Shown here: one piece after another, positions 39,688-48,749 of the stretch
Position numbering within the stretch: the stretch's first letter is position 1
Layout: each line of letters opens with the position of its first letter
Assembly: GCA_902551185.1 (NCBI GenBank)
Contig: CACDCN010000001.1
Span: 3,049 to 67,048, forward strand
Reading direction: 5' to 3'
Length of the DNA stretch: 64,000 nt
Origin: an uncultured SAR86 cluster bacterium
GTDB lineage: Bacteria > Pseudomonadota > Gammaproteobacteria > Magnimaribacterales > D2472
Translations under genes and position numbers: made by a program
The notes under the pieces: model-generated
Databases searched by the model: none
The model's input: only the letters and a program-made list of their open reading frames with translations
Told to the model about the DNA's origin: nothing

Positions 39688-40698
39688 TTATATATATACT
39701 TGGCCAAATTTATTATCAATAAAATCATCCCAAGATAGTGACTCCTGTTTTACAAATCCATTTTGAGGTATTTTCCCATTTAAAAACATTTCTAGAGAAC
39801 TACATACCCCTGATGCTGTTGTTAATTGAATAGCACTAAACTTTTCATCTCCATATATTTTTCTTAAATAAGTCTTTTCCTGAAGAGCTCCTTCTGACAT
39901 ACCAATTACTTTAACAAAGAAAATGATTAAATCGTTTTTAGTCCGTGGTACTTCCTTATCAAAAAGCTTTTCAAGCACATCTTTATTTTTCTTTAAATGT
40001 AAGTCATTAAAAAGAAATTTCATATGATTTAAATGTCCAGGATATCTTATTGTCTTATATGAAAGATTCTCTACCTTACCTGCATAGGTTTCACACATGG
40101 TTGCGCATCCCCCACTAGTATTAAAGGCTTCAAAGCTTTCACCCTCAATAACAATTTTCTCAGCTCCTTCAAGAGGCATTGCTTTTATATGCTTCCCCTC
40201 ATAAATTGCATCCGCTTCATTGCAATATTCATTAATCAATCCATTCGTAGACCAGCTTAAGTAATAGCTCATTTCATTTGTTGTAAATCTTGGAAGGGCT
40301 CCTACACGCATCAAAACCTCATTTACGCTATCAAATTCTTCCATCATGCTTGCGGCACATATGTTTATCGCGCCTGGAGCTAGTCCACACTGTGGCATTA
40401 ATATGCTTTTTGATTTTATAGTTTTGATAAAATCTGTGGTTTCTACATCCTCAGTTAAATCAAAATATCCTATACCCTCTTCTGCTGCGACTGTTGCAAT
40501 GTTTTTATTTACTGCAAAAGGTGCAGCTGAAATAACAGCATCAGCACCTTTTAAAAAATCTTTTACTTGCTTAATATCTTTGGCATCAAATCCATCAGCT
40601 ATATCGCCTTGTCTTAAATCATAATCACTTTTTAGCAACTGCTTTAAAGCCCATCCTATATTTCCACTTCCAACTATGGCTATCTTAGCTTTCATCAA
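39688..40698 (-). CDS. saccharopine dehydrogenase family NAD(P)-binding oxidoreductase
   Basis: 336 aa with a Rossmann IAIVGSGNIG motif and MPQCGLAPG. The C-terminal half is typical of the Sacchrp_dh family. It overlaps the upstream ALDH by 14 nt. Confidence 0.72.
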   Translation of the reverse strand: MMKAKIAIVGSGNIGWALKQLLKSDYDLRQGDIADGFDAKDIKQVKDFLKGADAVISAAPFAVNKNIATVAAEEGIGYFDLTEDVETTDFIKTIKSKSILMPQCGLAPGAINICAASMMEEFDSVNEVLMRVGALPRFTTNEMSYYLSWSTNGLINEYCNEADAIYEGKHIKAMPLEGAEKIVIEGESFEAFNTSGGCATMCETYAGKVENLSYKTIRYPGHLNHMKFLFNDLHLKKNKDVLEKLFDKEVPRTKNDLIIFFVKVIGMSEGALQEKTYLRKIYGDEKFSAIQLTTASGVCSSLEMFLNGKIPQNGFVKQESLSWDDFIDNKFGQVYI

Positions 40699-42055
40699 AC
40701 TCCACTCCTTGTGCTAATGGAAGCTCATCTCCGTAATTTACCGTTGCTGTTAATCTTCTCATATAATTTTTCCATGCATCAGAGCCGGATTCTCTGCCAC
40801 CTCCAGTGTCTTTTTCACCACCAAAAGCTCCACCAATTTCTGCGCCACTAGTTCCAATATTTACATTTGCAATGCCACAGTCACTTCCACATTCGCTTAA
40901 AAATAATTCTGATTCTCTCATGTCATTTGTAAATATTGAGCTACTTAGACCCTGTGATACACCATTTTGCATTTGAATTGCTTCATTAATTTCTTTATAT
41001 GTTTTTATATACAATATTGGTGCAAATGTTTCTTGAAGCATCTCATCTTCTACTTTATCAACCAAGACTAGGGCTGGTTTAACATAATATTCATTTGGAT
41101 CCTCAATCTCTAATCTTTCACCACCAATAACTTCAATTTTTTTACCTTTCAAGGATGTAAGTATTGCTTGCATAGATTGATAACTTGCTTCAGATATCAA
41201 TGGTCCGATTTGTGAAGATTCTTTAGTTGGACAGCCAATTATTAATTCTTCAAAACAAGTTTTAAGTCTTGCAACACAATCATCATATATATCTTCATGA
41301 ACAAAAAGTCTTCTCAATGAAGTGCATCTTTGTCCCGTTGTTCCACATGCTGAAAATGCTATGCCTTTTATCGTTAAGTCTAAATCTGCAGATGGACAAA
41401 CAATTGCAGCATTATTTCCACCAAGTTCTAATAGAAGCTTACCTAATCTCTTTGATACAAGAGGTGCTAACTCTTTACCCATTTGAGTGCTTCCAGTAGC
41501 AGAGATTAAAGAAATTGCAGAATCTTCACACATTGCTACTGCTTCTTCTTTTTCTCCTTCTAAGATTAATATCAAATCTGCAAACTCATCGCTTACTTTA
41601 TCCCAAGCATCTTTAATCCCTTTAGCGCAAAGATTTGAGTGAGGGCTTGGTTTCCAAATAACGCTATTCCCACATACTGCTGCTAAACAAAAATTCCATG
41701 CAAAAACGGCCATAGGAAAATTAAAAGCAGTTATACAACCAACTACTCCAAGAGGATGCCATAGTTCTTGCAATCTATGGTTAGGTCGCTCACTTGGCAT
41801 TGTTAAACCATATAATTGCCTGCTTAAGCCAACAGCAAAGTCACACATATCAATTGCTTCTTGAACCTCTCCCTGAGATTCTGTTTGAATCTTTCTTGCC
41901 TCTTTTGTAATTGTTTCAGCTAGATAATCTTTCTTAGCTCTAAGCTCTTCACCAAATTTTCTTATATATTCGCCTCTTTGTGGTGCGGGGATACTCCTCC
42001 ATTTAACAAAAATATCTTTAGATCTTTTTACTATTTCATCATAATTTTTATTCAT
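40685..42055 (-). CDS. aldehyde dehydrogenase, ALDH7 (alpha-aminoadipic-semialdehyde / piperideine-6-carboxylate dehydrogenase)-like
   Basis: LELGGNNAAIV and GTTGQRCTSLRR motifs as in antiquitin-type ALDHs. The ATG at 42055 with its G-rich RBS is preferred over the GTG at 42067. Confidence 0.82.
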   Translation of the reverse strand: MNKNYDEIVKRSKDIFVKWRSIPAPQRGEYIRKFGEELRAKKDYLAETITKEARKIQTESQGEVQEAIDMCDFAVGLSRQLYGLTMPSERPNHRLQELWHPLGVVGCITAFNFPMAVFAWNFCLAAVCGNSVIWKPSPHSNLCAKGIKDAWDKVSDEFADLILILEGEKEEAVAMCEDSAISLISATGSTQMGKELAPLVSKRLGKLLLELGGNNAAIVCPSADLDLTIKGIAFSACGTTGQRCTSLRRLFVHEDIYDDCVARLKTCFEELIIGCPTKESSQIGPLISEASYQSMQAILTSLKGKKIEVIGGERLEIEDPNEYYVKPALVLVDKVEDEMLQETFAPILYIKTYKEINEAIQMQNGVSQGLSSSIFTNDMRESELFLSECGSDCGIANVNIGTSGAEIGGAFGGEKDTGGGRESGSDAWKNYMRRLTATVNYGDELPLAQGVEFDES

Positions 42056-42545
42056 GATAGCCCCCACCCCTAATTATATAGATTTGGAACAAAGCAAACA
42101 CCCCATAAATAAATACATATGCTATATAAAACTTCATAACCAATGGGTCATCAATAGAGTCTACAAATGGATCTTGGGGTGGTAATCTTTTTAGTACTTC
42201 TGCAGTTGTAGGCAACATGCTAAAGAAAACTGTAGACGAAAGAGATAACTCTTTTAAATACGAATTAAATAATCCGAAAATCTTTACATAATCCAAAGTT
42301 ATTGCAAAAAATATTGCTAATATTGTTATAACAGACAATAGATGAGCTATATTAAAACTCCCAGTTGAATTATAAATAAATAGGGATGATCCAGCTGTAA
42401 TGACTGTACTAACCAAATAGAACCTTCCAAGAAACGATTTAATGCTTATAAAGTTTTCTTTTATTAATAGAAATAGGCCAGTCAATATCGCTGCAATGCC
42501 CAAAATAGTATGAAACCATCCTAGAAATGTTATTCCCCCATACAC
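42048..42545 (-). CDS. hypothetical integral membrane protein (5 TM)
   Basis: 165-aa hydrophobic ORF whose 3' end overlaps the ALDH start by 8 nt. No family recognised. Confidence 0.45.
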   Translation of the reverse strand: MYGGITFLGWFHTILGIAAILTGLFLLIKENFISIKSFLGRFYLVSTVITAGSSLFIYNSTGSFNIAHLLSVITILAIFFAITLDYVKIFGLFNSYLKELSLSSTVFFSMLPTTAEVLKRLPPQDPFVDSIDDPLVMKFYIAYVFIYGVFALFQIYIIRGGGYHE

Positions 42546-42574
42546 AAATGATTCTCCTAAAAATATATTAGAGC

Positions 42575-42880
42575 TTAGAAAATCTTATGCTTGCCTTGTA
42601 ATATCTCAATATACATCTTGTGATCACCGATAAAGCTATAAAAAGGATATTTAAATGTTGCAGGTTTATTTTTTTCAATAAAAAAATGTCCGACCCAGGC
42701 AAATGCATATCCTGATATTAGTGCAAATAAAAGATATATAAAATTAAACGATAAGAGAAATTTAATTAAGAAAAAAATTCCTATGCTTGTTCCTATAAAA
42801 TGCATTAACTTGGTGTGTTTATTATTATGCTCTGATAAATAGTATGGGTAAAAATCTTTAAATGTTTTATATCGCTCCAT
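42575..42880 (-). CDS. DUF962 (Mpo1/YGL010w-like) membrane protein
   Basis: FKDFYPYYLSEH ... GHFFIEKNKPATFKYP motifs. The start at 42880 has the RBS AAGGAAG, whereas the track start at 42907 overlaps the upstream gene. Confidence 0.68.
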   Translation of the reverse strand: MERYKTFKDFYPYYLSEHNNKHTKLMHFIGTSIGIFFLIKFLLSFNFIYLLFALISGYAFAWVGHFFIEKNKPATFKYPFYSFIGDHKMYIEILQGKHKIF

Positions 42881-42884
42881 AATT

Positions 42885-43196
42885 TTACTTCCTTGGTGGT
42901 AAGCCACTAATTCTAGTCAAAGTTGTTGTAACGCTTGCTCGTCTGTGTTCTGACAAATCTTGATATTCAGGATCTGAATACCACTCTTCTGCATGCTTGG
43001 CGGTGGGAAAGCTAAATAATATAACTCTTCCCTCCATAGGTTTTTCACCCTCAACATTAACAATATTGTCATCATAAGTTATAAACTCACCACTATGTTT
43101 TTTTAATAATGGAAAAAATCCTTTTTCGTATTCTCTATATCTATCTGCATCATGAATTTGCAGGTTTGCAATCATATAAACTTTTACTTCCTCCAT
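42885..43196 (-). CDS. DUF1330 domain protein
   Basis: 103 aa dimeric alpha/beta-barrel-like protein. Segments YMIANLQIHDADRYREYE and VILFSFPTAKHAEEWYSDPEYQ match the DUF1330 pattern. Confidence 0.72.
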   Translation of the reverse strand: MEEVKVYMIANLQIHDADRYREYEKGFFPLLKKHSGEFITYDDNIVNVEGEKPMEGRVILFSFPTAKHAEEWYSDPEYQDLSEHRRASVTTTLTRISGLPPRK

Positions 43197-43202
43197 TGTT
43201 CT

Positions 43203-43826
43203 TTATTTTGGAGCTGCTTCTGGTTGGAACATATAATAACCCTCAAAAGGAATCATTAAATGAGCATAAGGAGTTCCTTTAAACATTTGATATGGCTCTC
43301 CAGTTGTAAAATCTGTTGTGAAATTTTCAACAGTTTTTGGGTCTTTTGGCATAAGCATTAAATGAGGGCCTGATTCTATAAAATGATTCATTTTCATTGC
43401 ATCCTCTTTATTACCGCCATATAAAGAAGAAACCCTATTGTCTTCTCCTACGTCGCCATGAAGCATCCAAATATATGCATCACGATTCATATCTGGTTTA
43501 GTTCCATTCACATAAGCCTCAACCCATTTAAAACCCTCTATATCTGCGCATGAAGCATTTGTGTCTTGTGCATCCTTATATCCACCCTTGGGCATTGGTC
43601 TTCCTGGAGAGCATGTCCACCCATTAGTTCCCTCTCTTAAAATTTTGCCATCGTAAGTTGCAACTGATGCTTTGTTTCCAATAAAAGATGGTGCTGCAGT
43701 TGATAAAATTTTAATCATCCATTCTTTTGATTTTCCATCATCGCTATGTGAATGGCCGTCATGAGCAACTGATGAAATGCTTACAGTAAATATAATTGCT
43801 ATTAAACTAATAAATCTTATATTCAT
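43203..43826 (-). CDS. hypothetical secreted protein with a His-rich mature N-terminus
   Basis: 207 aa with a signal peptide ending ISSVA, followed by HDGHSHSDDGKS. RBS GAGGAGAAAA. No family recognised. Confidence 0.5.
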   Translation of the reverse strand: MNIRFISLIAIIFTVSISSVAHDGHSHSDDGKSKEWMIKILSTAAPSFIGNKASVATYDGKILREGTNGWTCSPGRPMPKGGYKDAQDTNASCADIEGFKWVEAYVNGTKPDMNRDAYIWMLHGDVGEDNRVSSLYGGNKEDAMKMNHFIESGPHLMLMPKDPKTVENFTTDFTTGEPYQMFKGTPYAHLMIPFEGYYMFQPEAAPK

Positions 43827-43851
43827 TTTTCTCCTCTAATTTAAAAATGTT

Positions 43852-43876
43852 ATTTAATTCTATGAAAGAATTAAAT
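43852..43876 (-). terminator. candidate weak intrinsic terminator after the serine-hydrolase gene
   Basis: A 10-bp AT-rich stem (ATTTAATTCT / AGAATTAAAT) with a 5-nt loop. On the minus strand it is followed by ACATTTTT. Confidence 0.3.
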
Positions 43877-43890
43877 GTAATACAAATAGA

Positions 43891-45099
43891 TTAACTGCTT
43901 TGTTGTGAAACATGTTTGGCTATTGCTCTAAACATGGCTATATGAACTGCCTTGGAATAATCTTTTTCAGATCTAAACCTGTGATTTGAGGATGTCTTTG
44001 CAATTACCACCCCACTAACTGGGTCTACATAAACAAACTGATTGTAAACTCCATGCGCTGTAAAATCTGTCATGGGACTTCCTGGAATCCACCACTGATA
44101 CCCATAACCCCATTCGCTAGATGTAAGATCATCGCCTGCATTAGGCATTAAGTGTGGCGCATCTGGTGTATGAGAATCTATCACCCATTGTTCGGGAACG
44201 ATTTGCTCTCCAAACCAATTGCCATTATTTAAATACAAATAGCCAAATTTTGCATAATCCCTTAAAGTTGCATTTAGACCACCAAGAGCTAAATCCACCC
44301 CAGTTTTATCAGTTATATAGTAAGCATCACTTTCCATGCCTATTTTGCTCCAAATCTTTTTATATAAATATTCTCTCAAAGGCATATCTGTAACTGATTC
44401 TAGGAGGAATCCTAATACTTGGGTATCGATGCTCACATAATGATTATATGTTCCCTGTTCTCTTCCATTTTTGAGAGTCTTTGCAAAATCTATCATGGGC
44501 GAACCTCTAGCAATAGATCTTCCAAATTTATTTATATCAGAATTTGGATCTGCATAATCCTCATTAAAAGCTACCCCTGAAGACATCTGCAGAATATTTT
44601 TAATTTTTACTCCCTCATATCCAGTGTCTTTGAATTCTGGTAAATATTTAGTAACAGGGTCATCAATGCTATCAATTAGGCCCTCATCTAATACAATACC
44701 CATAAGAGCAGAAAGAAAAGATTTAGCAACCGACCAAGAAATATGTTTGCTATTTTTATCATTATCATTCCAATATTCCTCATAGAGCATTTTATTGTCA
44801 TGCAAAATTATTAGTCCATCGGTTTTAAAATGAGCCAGCCCCTCTAAAAGATCATGCTCACTCCCTTCAAATGAATACTTTTCCGGCAGTTCAAAATCAT
44901 CTTTCTCGAATATGTATGGATTGTCTGATGGCTCAATTGGCTCCGAAGCAATAAAAACTTTATCCATATTTATAAAGTTATGTGCAATGGTTTTTTCATT
45001 ATATAAATTTGATAATTTATATACCCTGATCAAATTAGGGGTATAAATAGATATTGAAACAACTAATAAAAGTAATATAAACGTTAAGATCTTACCCAT
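43891..45099 (-). CDS. serine hydrolase, beta-lactamase/transpeptidase-like family
   Basis: 402 aa with an N-terminal membrane anchor and an SxxK motif (SVAKS). Confidence 0.8.
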   Translation of the reverse strand: MGKILTFILLLLVVSISIYTPNLIRVYKLSNLYNEKTIAHNFINMDKVFIASEPIEPSDNPYIFEKDDFELPEKYSFEGSEHDLLEGLAHFKTDGLIILHDNKMLYEEYWNDNDKNSKHISWSVAKSFLSALMGIVLDEGLIDSIDDPVTKYLPEFKDTGYEGVKIKNILQMSSGVAFNEDYADPNSDINKFGRSIARGSPMIDFAKTLKNGREQGTYNHYVSIDTQVLGFLLESVTDMPLREYLYKKIWSKIGMESDAYYITDKTGVDLALGGLNATLRDYAKFGYLYLNNGNWFGEQIVPEQWVIDSHTPDAPHLMPNAGDDLTSSEWGYGYQWWIPGSPMTDFTAHGVYNQFVYVDPVSGVVIAKTSSNHRFRSEKDYSKAVHIAMFRAIAKHVSQQSS

Positions 45100-45140
45100 A
45101 TGAATAATCTATCATAGATAAGGCGTAATATATGAAAAAT

Positions 45141-45500
45141 TTATACCCACTCATCATTTGGAGCGGTCAATTTATCTTCTTTGTCTCCTGTGTTAACCAC
45201 ACCAGATGGCTCAACTAACATAATCTTGGCTTCTTTGTTTGCATATGGTTTATGCTTGATTCCTTTTGGAACAACTATCATTTCTCCTTCATTAATTTGA
45301 ATTGTCTCATCTTCAAACTCAATAAAAATAGTGCCATCTAAGACAATAAATACTTCATCTGTATCGTCGTGTTTATGCCAAATAAAATCATCTTTAATTT
45401 TTACAAGCTTAAATTGATAATCATTCATTTCTGCAATAACTTTTGGAGACCATCTATCATTAAATTTAGTAAATTTAGAACTAAAATTTATTTTTTTCAT
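45141..45500 (-). CDS. cupin-domain protein
   Basis: 119 aa with a cupin motif (HKHDDTDEVFIVLDG ... VVPKGIKH). Confidence 0.75.
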   Translation of the reverse strand: MKKINFSSKFTKFNDRWSPKVIAEMNDYQFKLVKIKDDFIWHKHDDTDEVFIVLDGTIFIEFEDETIQINEGEMIVVPKGIKHKPYANKEAKIMLVEPSGVVNTGDKEDKLTAPNDEWV

Positions 45501-45503
45501 GAC

Positions 45504-45986
45504 CTATTCTCTTAATACCGCAGACCTAGTTCCATCTTCTTCATTTATTATTACATCCATTGGCTTCCATTCTTCATGTCCACAAACTCTTAATAAACAA
45601 CCTTCAACCTTTAGATTGCCATTGTCTAATAAATATAAGTTTGATTTAAAGATTCTCCCTCTGCCTGGATCGTATATCTTGCCTCCTTTTAGCTCTGTCA
45701 AATCTTTATCAACAAATTTGAATTGATCCAGCAAATTAACTCCTACCAAAGGTCTGCTTCTTAGTGATTTATCACGATTATTTTCATCTAATATAGATTT
45801 TGGATCTACTCCCTCATCAACAAATATATGTTCGATTGTTGCGCATAAACTTTGTTCACAATCTTTAACATGGACAATAGATGCAGAAGTTAGCCAATAG
45901 CCTAAGAATCTATTATTGCTTTCAGAAAAAATATTAATTGATAAGAAGGCTAGTATTAATAAATATACGGATTTTCTATAGCCCAT
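45504..45986 (-). CDS. DUF2147-domain exported protein
   Basis: 160 aa with a signal peptide. Contains GGKIYDPGRGRIFKSNLYL ... LKVEGC, typical of DUF2147. Confidence 0.68.
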   Translation of the reverse strand: MGYRKSVYLLILAFLSINIFSESNNRFLGYWLTSASIVHVKDCEQSLCATIEHIFVDEGVDPKSILDENNRDKSLRSRPLVGVNLLDQFKFVDKDLTELKGGKIYDPGRGRIFKSNLYLLDNGNLKVEGCLLRVCGHEEWKPMDVIINEEDGTRSAVLRE

Positions 45987-47007
45987 AAATCCAATCTCTT
46001 ACCATCTCAACTGCTTCTTTGTGGGTTAACGCTCTACCTGATTCTGGCATCATTACTCCAGGATCCATTGACTCCATTCTATATAGTAAGATTGATTCCT
46101 CAGGCTTCCCAGGGACAATAGAGTACTTATATCCTCCGCTGCCTCTTCCTGTTGCAACAGGTTTTTTAAATATTCCTAAATTGATATCTCTTGTTTCATT
46201 TAAATGTAAATATAATCCAGTTGAGTTAGCGTTGCCTGTTGGTGAGTGACAGTGTCCACAATTAACATCTAAGTATGACCTAACTCTATCATTAATATCC
46301 TTAGTTTCATCTGTCCAATCAACTGGAGAAATTAAATCCATAGGGTAATCATCAATAATCTCTCTATTCATCCAATAAACTAATTGGTTAAACTCACCAT
46401 CTTTAAAATCAAATTCTTTATTTATATTTCTTGCTTTGGGGCCTATCGGGCTAATCTTGTCATCTGCATCATGACATTCTTTACATTGATTAACATTGGG
46501 AACTCTATATCGAACTGTTTTTTCTTCCCCCATAAAATCTGTCCATTCCGTATTGATAGTTTTGCCGGCAATTTTTTTATATGCTTCATTTTGTTCTTCA
46601 TTCCATGCATAAGAAACAGCTTCCCATCCGCTTTCTTTTCTTAATAATAATCTGGTTTCAAGAAGTTGCTTGCCTAACTCTGGAGCTCTTTCATCTACTG
46701 GGTAATAAAAAGTTTTTATAAGAGCAGAGCCTGTGGGGAAATCAAAAACCCAATTCTCTACATATTTTGCTTTCTTATTGCCAGGAACATAAACCCATCT
46801 CTGTTTATATGAATAATCAGAAAAAAGTGTTGATATTAATTCATATGGGATGACTTTGTCGTTAGGTAATTGAGCAGAATCATCTAAAAAAAATTCAAAC
46901 TCAGAAAGCTTCTCTGGAAATGATTCTGCTAATATCAAGTTGTCATTTACAGAATGAAGATTGCTGCAATACAAGAAAATAAAAAAATAAGAAAATATTT
47001 TTTTCAT
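45976..47007 (-). CDS. exported diheme c-type cytochrome (SO_2930/HNE_0200-like family)
   Basis: 343 aa with a signal peptide and two CxxCH haem-binding motifs (CKECH, CGHCH). It is paired with a parallel beta-helix protein. Confidence 0.75.
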   Translation of the reverse strand: MKKIFSYFFIFLYCSNLHSVNDNLILAESFPEKLSEFEFFLDDSAQLPNDKVIPYELISTLFSDYSYKQRWVYVPGNKKAKYVENWVFDFPTGSALIKTFYYPVDERAPELGKQLLETRLLLRKESGWEAVSYAWNEEQNEAYKKIAGKTINTEWTDFMGEEKTVRYRVPNVNQCKECHDADDKISPIGPKARNINKEFDFKDGEFNQLVYWMNREIIDDYPMDLISPVDWTDETKDINDRVRSYLDVNCGHCHSPTGNANSTGLYLHLNETRDINLGIFKKPVATGRGSGGYKYSIVPGKPEESILLYRMESMDPGVMMPESGRALTHKEAVEMVRDWIYGL

Positions 47008-47012
47008 TTGTG

Positions 47013-48239
47013 TTAAAAGGTCTTGATACTGATTGACTCTAATGGTTTTATTTTCCCTTCAAATTCTTTTATATCAGTCCTAATAGGACTTGAGAAACCA
47101 AGCATATATTTTATAGGACTAATTGTTAAAAAACTTGTAGTATCCTCTTCATTTAATACCAGCCTCTCTTCTTTTGGTTGCCCTAATATCATCTGTGATA
47201 AAGGAACAACTCCATCCCAAAAAATGTCTGGCATATCTCCAGCACTTATTTCATATAAGGCCTTTGCTAAATCTCCGGTTTCTAAGTCAGGGTCAAAACC
47301 ACTTGGGCCATAGGTATTATTATGTACTTGGATATTTTTAGGGTGTGGATAATAATTTTTATCGTCCGTTTCATCGCTATATGAAACTATAGAAAGATTA
47401 ACTGTTCCATTGCCACTCATTACATTGTTGAATATCTCAACATCAGAGTTGGCCATTACAATAATTCCAGTGCCTCTAGGAACTTCGCCTACAATATTTC
47501 CTTCAGGTGCAAAATTATCGGTATCATTATCAATTGCTTGATTATCAAATACTCTAATATGATGTCCGCCCTGTTGAGGTAAATCTGGAAGATCAAAAAC
47601 TAAAATTCCTGCGGTATTATGGGATGCTAAATTATCATATACATCTGCATAATAAGAATTCTCAATTTCTATTCCTGCAACATTGTATTGAGCCACACTG
47701 TTTCTAACAATTATATTTTTTGATTGTCCAACATATATGCCAGCATCTGATGCTCCAATCGCAACACATCCATCAATTAAAATATCTTCTGATTCAACTG
47801 GATAAAATCCATATGCTCCATTGGTGCTTTTCGGACCACCAGTCCATTCAGTTTTTAAGTTAAGCATACTGATGCCTTTAGACCCAATAACTTTCAAAGC
47901 ATCTCCTTTAGCATCCATAATTGAAAAATTTTCTAATATTACTTGATTGGATGTAACCAAAAGGCCCTGAGCCCCTGATTTCTGATTTTTAAAATCAAGT
48001 ATTGTCTTATCCATTCCCTCTCCTCTAACAGTTACTTTACTTACATCTAGAGAGAGCCCATCTTCAAAACTATAGTATCCAGACTTTATTGTTAGAATAT
48101 CTCCTTCTTGCAAAAGGATCATTGCCTCTTGCAATCTTTCATGTTCGTTTGGGCCTGGTTCAATAAATATTTCTTTTGCATTTATATTTAAAAGCAAAAC
48201 TGAAATTATTGAAATGCAAAAAATATTAAATTTTTTCAT
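47013..48239 (-). CDS. exported parallel beta-helix repeat protein (NosD/CASH-like)
   Basis: 408 aa with a signal peptide. Repeated beta-helix rungs are visible (GIYVGQSKNIIVRNS, AGIEIENSYYADVYDN, AGILVFD...). Confidence 0.75.
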   Translation of the reverse strand: MKKFNIFCISIISVLLLNINAKEIFIEPGPNEHERLQEAMILLQEGDILTIKSGYYSFEDGLSLDVSKVTVRGEGMDKTILDFKNQKSGAQGLLVTSNQVILENFSIMDAKGDALKVIGSKGISMLNLKTEWTGGPKSTNGAYGFYPVESEDILIDGCVAIGASDAGIYVGQSKNIIVRNSVAQYNVAGIEIENSYYADVYDNLASHNTAGILVFDLPDLPQQGGHHIRVFDNQAIDNDTDNFAPEGNIVGEVPRGTGIIVMANSDVEIFNNVMSGNGTVNLSIVSYSDETDDKNYYPHPKNIQVHNNTYGPSGFDPDLETGDLAKALYEISAGDMPDIFWDGVVPLSQMILGQPKEERLVLNEEDTTSFLTISPIKYMLGFSSPIRTDIKEFEGKIKPLESISIKTF

Positions 48240-48281
48240 GAGTTTTATTGTATTAAAAAAAGCATGGGAGCAAAAGCTATA

Positions 48282-48749
48282 CTAGGCACCATCAGAAACC
48301 TCTATATAAATTTTCTCTGAAGTAATTGGTTGATAGTTATTGCTTGATCCAATCGGCTTAACCGGTCTGTGTTCATAATCACCCAAAACTAATTGAAGAG
48401 AATATTTTCCTGGAGGCAATGATAGCTCAGCCTCTGTTTGCCCTCCGCCAAAATGCAAAATGTTTTTTCCGTATGGTATTGGCATATCTTTTGAATTATT
48501 TACATCATATTCATCATTAATTATTAGATGATGATGTCCGGATACCATACAATCTTTAATATTATCTACAATAACCCCCGCTGGGTTTATTGATATATTT
48601 TTTGATCCAAATACAACCTTAAATTTCGATCCTTCTGATATAAACCCATTGCTTGGATACTCGAAATAAAGTTTGGCTTTTTCGCATGAACTTATATCAG
48701 CTTTCATAGCAAAAGAAAAAGCCATAACGATTAAAAGAAGAAGTTTCAT
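48282..48749 (-). CDS. DUF4399-domain exported protein
   Basis: 155 aa with a signal peptide and a GHHHLIIND motif typical of DUF4399. It abuts the FMO stop. Confidence 0.62.
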   Translation of the reverse strand: MKLLLLIVMAFSFAMKADISSCEKAKLYFEYPSNGFISEGSKFKVVFGSKNISINPAGVIVDNIKDCMVSGHHHLIINDEYDVNNSKDMPIPYGKNILHFGGGQTEAELSLPPGKYSLQLVLGDYEHRPVKPIGSSNNYQPITSEKIYIEVSDGA

